From positions 2,730,001 to 2,762,000 of the forward strand of contig NC_014034.1 of assembly GCF_000021865.1 (NCBI RefSeq): a stretch of 32,000 nucleotides of DNA, written 5' to 3'. The translations under genes were made by a program, and so were the position numbers. This DNA is from Rhodobacter capsulatus SB 1003 (lineage in GTDB: Bacteria; Pseudomonadota; Alphaproteobacteria; Rhodobacterales; Rhodobacteraceae). Under the pieces are notes generated by a model. It saw only the letters and a program-made list of their open reading frames with translations, had not been told where the DNA came from and did not search any database. Shown one piece after another: positions 17,961-25,650 of the stretch; positions within the stretch are counted from its first letter, which is position 1, and every line of letters starts with the position of its first letter.

Positions 17961-18794
17961 TCATGCCAGCGCCGCCCGCACGGTTTCCGCCATCGGCACC
18001 GTCGGCCGCCCGATCAGCCGCGAGAGGGTCTGGCTGTCGTCGTAAAGCGCCCCGGCCGTGCCCACCACCGCATCGGATTGCGCCAGCGTCGCGGCAAAGG
18101 CGGCGGGCAGGCCGAAGCCCTCCAGCGCCTTGGCATAATCCGCCTGCGTCATGTTCACATAGGCGACGGGCTTGCCCGCTTGCGCCGCGACCTCGGCCGC
18201 CAGCTCGGCCATGGTAAAGGCCGTGTCCCCCGCCAGTTCGTAGACCTGCCCCTCGTGCCCCGGCGCCAGCGCCACCACCGCCGCGGCTTCGGCATAATCG
18301 GCCCGCGGCGCGGCGGCATATTTCCCCTCGCCCGCCGCCCCGATCAGCGCCCCGTGGTCCAGCGCCGCGCCCAGATTGCCGGTCAGGTTTTCCGTGTACC
18401 AACCGTTGCGCAGGATCGTCCAGGCCACGCCCGAGGCCTTCAGCGCCGCTTCCGTCGCGATGTGATCGGCCGCGAGCAGCGTCATCGGCGAGGCCTCGCC
18501 CTTGAGCACCGAGGTATAGATGATCCGCCCCACGCCCGCGGCCTTGGCCGCCGCGATCGCGCTTCGGTGCTGCCCGGCGCGGTCGTTGAAATCATTGCTG
18601 GAAATCAGCACCAGCACCTCGACGCCCGCCAGCGCCGCCGCATCGGGGGCGGTATAGTCGAAGGCGCGGGCCTCGTATCCCGCGATGCGCGCGGGCGTGC
18701 GGGCAAGGGCGATGGGTGCGGCGCCGCGGGCTTTCAGCGCGGCAAGGACAAGCCTCCCCAGTTGTCCGGTGGCGGCAGAGACGGCGATGGTCAT
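17961..18794 (-). CDS. NmrA-family NAD(P)-binding oxidoreductase (atypical SDR)
   Basis: MTIAVSAATGQLGRLVLAAL Rossmann N-terminus. ATG 18794 lies 6 nt after AAAGGA; the track start at 18857 adds 21 non-conserved-looking residues. Confidence 0.85.
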   Translation of the reverse strand: MTIAVSAATGQLGRLVLAALKARGAAPIALARTPARIAGYEARAFDYTAPDAAALAGVEVLVLISSNDFNDRAGQHRSAIAAAKAAGVGRIIYTSVLKGEASPMTLLAADHIATEAALKASGVAWTILRNGWYTENLTGNLGAALDHGALIGAAGEGKYAAAPRADYAEAAAVVALAPGHEGQVYELAGDTAFTMAELAAEVAAQAGKPVAYVNMTQADYAKALEGFGLPAAFAATLAQSDAVVGTAGALYDDSQTLSRLIGRPTVPMAETVRAALA

Positions 18795-18850
18795 GGGCAT
18801 TCCTTTCGTTGACTTGCCCGATCTGGCCACAGGTGCTATCAAAACGTAAG

Positions 18851-18870
18851 TACCCACATGAATGTAAGTA
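18851..18870. promoter_or_regulatory. Imperfect 20-bp palindrome in the NmrA/HxlR divergent intergenic region (candidate HxlR operator)
   Basis: TACccACATgaATGTaaGTA has 14 of 20 positions self-complementary. It also forms part of a GTAAGTA direct repeat (18846-18852 and 18864-18870) and lies 11 nt upstream of the HxlR ATG. Confidence 0.4.
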
Positions 18871-18880
18871 TCCGAAAAAC

Positions 18881-19273
18881 ATGCACAGCCCCCCCGCCGT
18901 CCTTGCAGAACTGCCCCGCGGAGATGTTCTGGTCCCCGATTGCCCGTCGCGGCAGATCCTGCAGCATGTCACCTCGCGCTGGGGCGGCCTTGTGATGATC
19001 GCCCTTGGCCGCGAAACGCTGCGATTCGCGCAGCTGCGCCGCAAGATCGGCGGGATTTCGGAACGGATGCTGGCGCAGACGCTGCAGGTGCTGGAGGCCG
19101 ACGGGCTGGTGGTGCGGCACGATCACGGCGAGGTGCCGCCGCGCGTCGATTACCGCCTGACGCCCGCGGGCTGGGAAATCGCCACGCGGGTCTTTGCGCT
19201 GGCCGACTGGATCGAGACGCATCTGCCCGATCTGCTGGCGCAGCGGGCGGAACAGGCTCAGGCCTTGGGCTGA
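18881..19273 (+). CDS. HxlR-family winged-helix transcriptional regulator
   Basis: Start trimmed to ATG 18881. CPSRQILQHVTSRWGGLVMIAL...LRFAQLRRKIGGISERMLAQTLQVLEADGLVVR is the typical HxlR pattern. It is divergent from the NmrA-like gene, a common pairing. The 3' end overlaps the convergent LMW-PTP gene by 16 nt. Confidence 0.85.
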   Translation: MHSPPAVLAELPRGDVLVPDCPSRQILQHVTSRWGGLVMIALGRETLRFAQLRRKIGGISERMLAQTLQVLEADGLVVRHDHGEVPPRVDYRLTPAGWEIATRVFALADWIETHLPDLLAQRAEQAQALG

Positions 19274-19710
19274 CCGAAACGGGCGAGGATATGATCACGG
19301 ATCTGGTCGCGGGTCTGGCGGTAGTAATGCAGCCGCGCCTCGCGCCCCTCACCCAGCCCCGTCGGGTCCATGATCGCCCAGTGCTCGACCTCGATGTGGT
19401 AAAACCGCGTCAGATCGAGCGCCTGATGGTAAGACGCGGGGGAAAGCGCGATGACCAGATCAAAGGCCCCCAGATCGTCGCCCATCTCCTTGAGTTCATG
19501 GAAACTTCTGGCCTGATGCCGTTCCAGGTCGACACCGATTTCGGAACAGACCGCAATCGCGAATCCGTCGGTGTCCAGATCGGCCTTGACCCCCACCGAC
19601 TGCACATAGACCTCGCGGCCGTAGAACTGCTTCATCATCCCCTCGGCCATCGGCGAGCGCGTCGCGTTATGGTCGCAGCAGAACAGGACGGCGTTGGGAA
19701 GCTTGCCCAT
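19258..19710 (-). CDS. Low-molecular-weight phosphotyrosine phosphatase / ArsC-like protein
   Basis: Start trimmed to ATG 19710 (MGKLPNAVLFCCDHNATRSPMAEG, with the CX5R(S) P-loop). ATGA overlap with the upstream UPF0262 stop. Confidence 0.85.
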   Translation of the reverse strand: MGKLPNAVLFCCDHNATRSPMAEGMMKQFYGREVYVQSVGVKADLDTDGFAIAVCSEIGVDLERHQARSFHELKEMGDDLGAFDLVIALSPASYHQALDLTRFYHIEVEHWAIMDPTGLGEGREARLHYYRQTRDQIRDHILARFGQPKA

Positions 19711-20189
19711 CAGCTTACCGGGGTCAGCACGCAAACAAGGGTGAAGAGCCGCCGGGCGGTGTCGATGTCGATTTCGGCCTTGCCGGTCAGGCGTTCCTGC
19801 AGCACGCGGGCGCCCTCGTTGTGGATGCCGCGCCGGGCCATGTCGACCGCCTCGATCTGGCTGGGCGGCAGTTTCTTCACCGCCTCGAAATAGCTTTCGC
19901 AGATCTGGAAATAATCCTTCACCACCTGCCGGAACGGGCCGAAGGACAGATGGAATTCCGCCACCTTGGCGCCGGTTTCCAGACAGGTGTCGAAGACCAG
20001 CCGCCCGTCGCGCACCGAGAGCGTCAGCGCAAAGGGCCCCTCGGGCGCGGCACCGCCGTCCCGGCCGGGGATCACCCAGCTGTTGTCCTCGAGCAGGTCA
20101 AAGACCGCGACGCGGCGTTCCTGTTCGATTTCGGGCGTCGGCGCGGGCAGGCCCGAATCGTCGATGTCCAGACGGGTGATGCGGCTCAT
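19710..20189 (-). CDS. UPF0262-family protein
   Basis: Start trimmed to ATG 20189 (MSRITRLDIDDSGLPAPTPEIEQERRVAVFDLLEDN...), in an ATGA overlap with the hisD stop. The hisD-UPF0262-LMW-PTP arrangement is typical of alphaproteobacteria (from memory). The track's 106-aa extension overlaps hisD. Confidence 0.8.
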   Translation of the reverse strand: MSRITRLDIDDSGLPAPTPEIEQERRVAVFDLLEDNSWVIPGRDGGAAPEGPFALTLSVRDGRLVFDTCLETGAKVAEFHLSFGPFRQVVKDYFQICESYFEAVKKLPPSQIEAVDMARRGIHNEGARVLQERLTGKAEIDIDTARRLFTLVCVLTPVS

Positions 20190-21502
20190 GGCGTCCCCCT
20201 TTCGTTCAGGGCATCCAGACGCGCGCGGACCGAAAGCCCATGCGCCTGCAGGCTTTCCGAAATCGCCAGCGTCTCGGCGGCGGGGCCAATGGCGCGCAGG
20301 GCTTCGGGCGTCATTTTGGCGAGCGTCGTGCGCTTGAGGAAATCCATCACCGAAAGGCCCGAGGAAAACCGCGCCGAGCGCGCCGTGGGCAGAACGTGGT
20401 TCGGCCCGCCGACATAATCGCCGATCGCCTCGGGCGTCCATTGGCCAAGGAAGATCGCCCCGGCATGGGTGATCCGGGCAGACAGCGCCTCGGGGTCGGC
20501 GACGCACAGCTCAAGGTGTTCGGGGGCGACGCGGTTAGAAAGCATCGCCGCCTCGGCCAGATCGCGGGTGACGATCACCGCGCCGAAATCGCGCCAGCTG
20601 GCGCCTGCAATCGCGCGCCGCTCCAGCGTTTCCAGCCGCTTTTCCACCGCCGCCGTCACGGCTTTCGCGAACCCGGCATCCGGCGTCAGGATCAGCGCCT
20701 GCGCCGATTGGTCGTGTTCGGCCTGGCTCAGCAGATCCAGCGCCACCCAGTCGGGGTTCGCGGTCTCATCCGCGATCACCAGAATTTCCGAGGGCCCGGC
20801 GATCATGTCGATGCCGACCCGGCCAAAGACCCGCCGCTTCGCCGCCGCCACGAAAGCGTTGCCCGGCCCGGTGATCTTGTCGACGGGCGCAATCGTCGCC
20901 GTGCCGTAAGCCAGCGCCGCCACCGCCTGCGCCCCGCCGATGCGGTAAACCGTGTCCACCCCGGCGATCTCGGCCGCCAGAAGCACCAGCGGATTGACCG
21001 CGCCCCCGGGCGTCGGGCAGACGACCACCAGCCGCTCCACCCCCGCCACCTTGGCCGGGATCGCATTCATCAAAACCGACGAGGGATAGGAGGCAAGCCC
21101 CCCCGGCACGTAAAGCCCGGCGGCCGAAACGGGCGACCAGCGCCAGCCCAGCTCCGCCCCCGAGGCCTCGGTCCAGCGCTCTTCCCTCACCGGCATCTGC
21201 CGGGCGTGATAGGCGCGGATGCGCTCTGCCGCGAGTTCCAGCGCCGCGCGCTCGGCCGCGGGCACGCGGGCGATTTCGGCCGCGATCTCGGCTTTCGAAA
21301 AAGCGAGCGTCGCGGGGGTCAGGTCGAGCCGGTCGAATTTCGAGGTGTAGTCGATCACCGCCGCATCGCCGCGGTCGCGCACCTCGGCGATGATCGCGGC
21401 CACCGTCGCATCGACATCGGGGCTGTCCTCGCGCTTCATCCCCAGAAGGGCGGTGAAACGGGTCTCGAAATCATCGGCGTCGGTGGTCAGGAAATGCGGC
21501 AT
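20186..21502 (-). CDS. hisD: Histidinol dehydrogenase
   Basis: Motifs SQAEHD and GDYVGGPNHVLPT. AAGGAG SD; the second of two adjacent ATGs (21502) has better spacing, and 21505 is also possible. The track start at 21622 is rejected. Confidence 0.93.
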   Translation of the reverse strand: MPHFLTTDADDFETRFTALLGMKREDSPDVDATVAAIIAEVRDRGDAAVIDYTSKFDRLDLTPATLAFSKAEIAAEIARVPAAERAALELAAERIRAYHARQMPVREERWTEASGAELGWRWSPVSAAGLYVPGGLASYPSSVLMNAIPAKVAGVERLVVVCPTPGGAVNPLVLLAAEIAGVDTVYRIGGAQAVAALAYGTATIAPVDKITGPGNAFVAAAKRRVFGRVGIDMIAGPSEILVIADETANPDWVALDLLSQAEHDQSAQALILTPDAGFAKAVTAAVEKRLETLERRAIAGASWRDFGAVIVTRDLAEAAMLSNRVAPEHLELCVADPEALSARITHAGAIFLGQWTPEAIGDYVGGPNHVLPTARSARFSSGLSVMDFLKRTTLAKMTPEALRAIGPAAETLAISESLQAHGLSVRARLDALNERGTP

Positions 21503-21588
21503 CATGGGCTCCTTCTGGACCAAGGGGATAGAGCGAAGCGGGACGCGGGGCAAGCTTCGCGCGCGGCCCCGCCCTGCGGCATCCATCG

Positions 21589-21660
21589 CGCAAGGGCGTA
21601 TTTGTTCCAAGAAAAAACCCATGCCGTTTCTTCTTGGCGCAAATACGCCTCTGCCTTGCG
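21589..21660. repeat. 72-bp composite inverted repeat (three stacked stems) between the GNAT gene and hisD
   Basis: CGCAAGG/CCTTGCG (7 bp), GCGTATTTG/CAAATACGC (9 bp) and CCAAGAA/TTCTTGG (7 bp), nested around a 17-nt apical loop (21614-21630) with small internal loops. Confidence 0.55.
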
Positions 21661-21676
21661 GGCCGGGCGCGGCGTT

Positions 21677-22153
21677 TCAGATCAGGCGCTTGTGCAGCGG
21701 GTGGCCCAGCAGCCAGCCACCGCCGCCGCCGCGGTCATCCATCTGCCAGCCCTGACGGCGATAAAAGCCAAGCGCGGTGTTGGTGGCGGTCAGCCGCGCC
21801 TCGACACGGCCGACGGCGCGCAATTCCTCTTCCAGCGCCGCCAGAAGCGCGCGGCCGCAGCCCTTGCCCTGCACTTCGGGGGCGGCAAAGAGCAGCCGGA
21901 TCCGGCCCTCTCCGTCGGGCTGGTGGCGCCAGTCGATCGCGCCCACGGCGACGATGCCCTCGGGTTCCGCAACGAACAGCCGCTGGTCGGCGTCGTTCAG
22001 GATCGAGGCCAGCGCCTTCGGGCTGTTCGAGGCGACCCAGGGCCGGATGCGCTCCGGGTCGTCGCGGTGATCGGCCCGGCACAGGGCGGTGATCGAGGCG
22101 CCGATGACCGCCGACAGGACGGGAAGTTCCTCGGATCTTGCAGGACGGATCAT
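21677..22153 (-). CDS. GNAT-family N-acetyltransferase
   Basis: 158 aa with VQGKGCGRALLAALE acetyl-CoA loop and TNTALGFYRRQGW. Confidence 0.8.
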   Translation of the reverse strand: MIRPARSEELPVLSAVIGASITALCRADHRDDPERIRPWVASNSPKALASILNDADQRLFVAEPEGIVAVGAIDWRHQPDGEGRIRLLFAAPEVQGKGCGRALLAALEEELRAVGRVEARLTATNTALGFYRRQGWQMDDRGGGGGWLLGHPLHKRLI

Positions 22154-22165
22154 GGTCTGGGCCTT

Positions 22166-22645
22166 CTATTCCGGGTGGGTCGGCGCCTGCCCCGAAACGG
22201 CCCGGTAAGGCCGCGTCACATCCCGCAGATCGACGGACAGGCATTCGACCCCCGCGGCAATCGCACCATCCCCCGCAAGGGTGATCACCACGCGCCCTGC
22301 CCCCTCGGCCTCCGGTTCGAAGCCGATGTCGAGCAGCGAGAGCACCAGATCCGGGTCCTTGCGGTCAAACCCCTGCGAGGCGACCTGGATCACATCCGAG
22401 AGCACCAGCAGCGCCTGCACCCGCTCGTAGGGGCGGCCCTCGGCCTCGGCTGCGGCCTTGTCCTCCCAGCGGAAGCGGTTGAGCAGCATCGAAAGCCGCC
22501 GGGCTTTCGGCTCGTAGCGGATTTCGGTCACCGGCAGGACGGCATCCTGAACCAGCGCGGCCAGCACGCCCAGATCCGCCGCGCTTTCCGCGCGCAGGCT
22601 CAGCGGCGCTTCGGCCCCGTCGTCAAACCGTGCATCCCGGCTCAT
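22166..22645 (-). CDS. DUF2948-family protein
   Basis: 159 aa, [48 protein letters not shown]. Conserved position downstream of murA in alphaproteobacteria (family name from memory). ATGA overlap with the murA stop. Confidence 0.7.
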   Translation of the reverse strand: MSRDARFDDGAEAPLSLRAESAADLGVLAALVQDAVLPVTEIRYEPKARRLSMLLNRFRWEDKAAAEAEGRPYERVQALLVLSDVIQVASQGFDRKDPDLVLSLLDIGFEPEAEGAGRVVITLAGDGAIAAGVECLSVDLRDVTRPYRAVSGQAPTHPE

Positions 22646-23910
22646 TCGCCCTTCACCCGTTCGATCTGCGCCCCGACGGCGCGCAGCTTTTCTTCCACCC
22701 GTTCGTAGCCGCGATCAAGGTGGTAAACACGACTGACCACTGTCTCGCCTTCGGCGGCCAAGCCGGCCAGAATCAGGGAAACCGAGGCCCGCAAATCAGT
22801 TGCCATGACCCGGGCGCCTTTCAGCCGGTCGACGCCATGCACTTTTGCAACACCGCCATGCACCTCGATCCGTGCCCCCATCCGCGCCAGCTCGGGCGCA
22901 TGCATGAAGCGATTCTCGAAAATGCGCTCCTCCAGCACCGAAGTCCCCTCGGCCGTGCACAAAAGCGCCATCATCTGCGCCTGCAGATCGGTCGGGAACC
23001 CCGGGAAAGGCTCGGTCACCACATCGACGGCGCGGATGCGGCCGTTCTTGCGTTTCACCTTCAGCCCGCGTGCGGTTTCCTCGACCGAGATCCCGGCGGC
23101 ATCCAGTTTCTCGCAGAAGCTTTCGACCAGCGCGATCCGGCCACCCAGGCATTCCACCTCGCCGCCGCAGATCGCAGGCGCCAGCATGTAGGTGCCCAGC
23201 TCGATCCGGTCGGTGACCACGGGATGGGTTGCCCCGTGCAGCCGGTCGACGCCCTGAATGGTGATGTCCGAGGTGCCCTCGCCCTCGATCTCGGCCCCCA
23301 TCGCGCGCAGGCAGCGGGCCAGATCGACGATTTCGGGCTCTCGCGCGGCGTTTTTCAGCACGGACGTGCCCTTGGCCAGAACCGCCGCCATCAGGAAATT
23401 CTCGGTCGCGCCGACGGAAGCAAAGCGCATCTCGTGCACCGCCCCTTTCAGCCCGCCGCGGGCCTGGGCGTGCAGATAGCCTTCCTTCAGCTCGATCTCG
23501 GCGCCCAAAGCGGTCAGCGCATCGATGTGAATGTCCATCGGCCGCGCCCCGATCGCGCAACCGCCCGGCAGCGAGACGACCGCATGGCCCAGCCGCGCCA
23601 GAAGCGGGCCCAGCACCAGATTCGAGGCCCGCATCTTCCGCACGATGTCATAATCGGCGACCGGGTTGATCGCGCCGTGGCACGAGGTGGCCAGCACCTT
23701 GCCGTCCTGCAGCGCGGTCACCTCGGCGCCGAGGCTGGCCAGAAGCTGCGTCATCGTGCGGATGTCGGAGAGCCGCGGCGCATTGGTCAGCGTCAGCGGT
23801 TCTTCCGACAGCAGCGTCGCGGGCATCAGCGCCAGGCAGGCGTTCTTGGCCCCCGCGATCGGGATTTGCCCGGAAAGCGGCCCGTTGCCGCGCACAAGGA
23901 TGCTGTCCAC
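22642..23910 (-). CDS. murA: UDP-N-acetylglucosamine 1-carboxyvinyltransferase
   Basis: 422 aa with GTG start. [17 protein letters not shown] and the active-site Cys context [13 protein letters not shown]. Confidence 0.95.
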   Translation of the reverse strand: MDSILVRGNGPLSGQIPIAGAKNACLALMPATLLSEEPLTLTNAPRLSDIRTMTQLLASLGAEVTALQDGKVLATSCHGAINPVADYDIVRKMRASNLVLGPLLARLGHAVVSLPGGCAIGARPMDIHIDALTALGAEIELKEGYLHAQARGGLKGAVHEMRFASVGATENFLMAAVLAKGTSVLKNAAREPEIVDLARCLRAMGAEIEGEGTSDITIQGVDRLHGATHPVVTDRIELGTYMLAPAICGGEVECLGGRIALVESFCEKLDAAGISVEETARGLKVKRKNGRIRAVDVVTEPFPGFPTDLQAQMMALLCTAEGTSVLEERIFENRFMHAPELARMGARIEVHGGVAKVHGVDRLKGARVMATDLRASVSLILAGLAAEGETVVSRVYHLDRGYERVEEKLRAVGAQIERVKGE

Positions 23911-23913
23911 TCG

Positions 23914-24075
23914 CTCACTCCTCCGGGCCGGTTTCGGCCGTCTTGTTGTTGTCTTCGGCCGAGCGCGCCCGTGCCTGCGCCTTGCGCCGCGTCAGATTGG
24001 CGCGCAGGGCGGCGGCCAGACGCTCTTCGCGCGTGGCGTCGGGGGGTGTTTTCCGGCCGGAGCTGTCCTTTGTCA
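23914..24075 (-). CDS. Small basic hypothetical protein (53 aa) upstream of murA
   Basis: Below the track cut-off. ATG at 24075 gives [53 protein letters not shown], with TGA at 23914-23916, 3 nt before the murA GTG. Coding status is unproven. Confidence 0.4.
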
Positions 24076-24129
24076 TGGGCCCTTTTAGCGAGGCCGATGA
24101 AATGTGTCGAGAGAGGGTGAATATTTGGC

Positions 24130-24157
24130 TTGCGCACCCCGCCCGAGTCGTCTAAAT
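24130..24157 (+). promoter_or_regulatory. Candidate sigma-70-type promoter for tRNA-Thr
   Basis: TTGCGC-N16-CTAAAT, ending about 40 nt upstream of the tRNA 5' end. Confidence 0.35.
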
Positions 24158-24198
24158 CCGCGCCACGGTCGGAAGCGACCAGCGTGAAAGCGCCGGAT

Positions 24199-24273
<75 letters not shown>

Positions 24274-24457
24274 TCCCTCCCAAAAAATCAATTGGTTAGG
24301 CGGAGATGGTGGCTGCTGCTATCTGTTACCCCGCGTTACCCCTGCCAGAATCACCCGCCCAAGCATCCACCAAACCTCGCTATTGCTTTCGCGCACGTCT
24401 GCCGCAGGGCCGAGGTGGCGGGCGTCGCTGCAGACGTTCCCGCGCGGCTCCTACCGA

Positions 24458-24571
24458 TCAGCCGATCAGACGGTTGAATATCGCCTGCAAGCGAGCGTCG
24501 ATGGCACCCCGTTGCCCTTCCGCGATCAGGTTCAGAAACTCGACCACCTGGGCATCCCCTAAAGCAATCAT
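24458..24571 (-). CDS. Candidate 37-aa ORF
   Basis: MIALGDAQVVEFLNLIAEGQRGAIDARLQAIFNRLIG. The ATG overlaps the stop of the upstream 50-aa ORF (ATGA at 24568-24571). There is no other support. Confidence 0.25.
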   Translation of the reverse strand: MIALGDAQVVEFLNLIAEGQRGAIDARLQAIFNRLIG

Positions 24572-24720
24572 GAAGCCTCGGCCATCTTGGGCTGTGTCCC
24601 GGCACCGCGCGCACAGAGGCAGATGGATCCAGCACCATCCTGATAGGCGATGTGGCGGCTCCCGCCCGGGCGGCGGTTGAAGACACGCGCCGTCGCGCGG
24701 TCAAAGCTGACAGCTTCCAT
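24568..24720 (-). CDS. Candidate 50-aa ORF
   Basis: MEAVSFDRATARVFNRRPGGSRHIAYQDGAGSICLCARGAGTQPKMAEAS, taken from the internal ATG of track ORF 24568..24762, with AAGGA-like SD 7 nt upstream. Confidence 0.35.
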   Translation of the reverse strand: MEAVSFDRATARVFNRRPGGSRHIAYQDGAGSICLCARGAGTQPKMAEAS

Positions 24721-24777
24721 TTCTGTATCCTTGATGATGGGGAAATCGCCGCCCGACCTCACGCCGGGCGGCGGGGG

Positions 24778-25056
24778 TCAGGCGGCGCGGATGGCGACCC
24801 ACCAGCCCTTGTGATCCACGACAAGGCGGAGGGCCGGGTCAGCCTTCATCGCGCCGTTCACCGTCATCATGGCGCGATAGACGACCGTGGTCGCGCCGTT
24901 GATTTCACGGGTTGCGTATCCACCACCCCAATCGACAGTGATCCCGCGTCCATCATCGTCACGGGTGATCTGGCAGAAGTCGGGCCGGAACGCCCGGTGC
25001 GCGCCATTTAGCACGGCAAGCGCGTCATCCAAGTTTTCAACATTCGTGTAGGCCAT
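24778..25056 (-). CDS. Hypothetical protein (92 aa)
   Basis: MAYTNVENLDDALAVLNGAHRAFRPDFCQITRDDDGRGITVDWGGGYATREINGATTVVYRAMMTVNGAMKADPALRLVVDHKGWWVAIRAA. Balanced composition (N, Y, W, K, D present), unlike the shadow ORFs. GAAAGGGG SD upstream. No family recognised. Confidence 0.55.
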   Translation of the reverse strand: MAYTNVENLDDALAVLNGAHRAFRPDFCQITRDDDGRGITVDWGGGYATREINGATTVVYRAMMTVNGAMKADPALRLVVDHKGWWVAIRAA

Positions 25057-25650
25057 TGAGCGCCCCTTTCAGGGATAGGGCACTGGCGCGTGGGGGGCTC
25101 CGCCCGACCAACAAACACCAGCACCGGGTTTCGGTGTTCATGGTGAATCTGGTTCGGGCCATCTGGCGTGCTGCTCTCGGCAGGCCGCTCAAGGTTTCCG
25201 GTCCTGCCCCCGGGCCGTGGCGTGGCCCGAGGTCGGGCGCTCCTATCACAGGACAGCCTCGATATTGGCACCACCCTGCCACTTGTCAACCGCAAGATGT
25301 GGCTTGGCGCTCGGGGCGACGCGGGAACACAAAAAGAACATCGCGGGTCTTGTGCTGAGGGCTTCACGGCCCCATATTGGTGGTATGGCTCCCAGAAGGG
25401 CGGGCGCCAGTTACGTGTTTAAACTGTCAAGGCCAGCTTCCGGGGCGGTGCAGATCGCGAGTTCCATAATTCGGGCTCCTTTCGCCAGCCACGCGGGCGG
25501 CGTTGCGGCAATCCGGCAATACCACATTGCCAGGTGCGTCACAGTGTATACGACCACGTCAAAGACGAACGCACACCGCAGAACGGCGGGGGCGGAGATG
25601 TTAAGGGTCAGTGCGTTGACCCAATGCTCCGTCCCCACTCGTGGAGGGCC

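Noticed and set aside
13988-18812. + strand ORFs of 344, 334, 445 and 294 aa
   Set aside because: They are antisense to the RNase/maf, C-N hydrolase, GNAT/SnoaL and NmrA genes. They are R/G/P/H-rich with no motifs.
20240-24120. 822-aa and 496-aa + strand ORFs
   Set aside because: They run antisense across hisD, GNAT, DUF2948 and murA, all of which are well supported. They have shadow-ORF composition.
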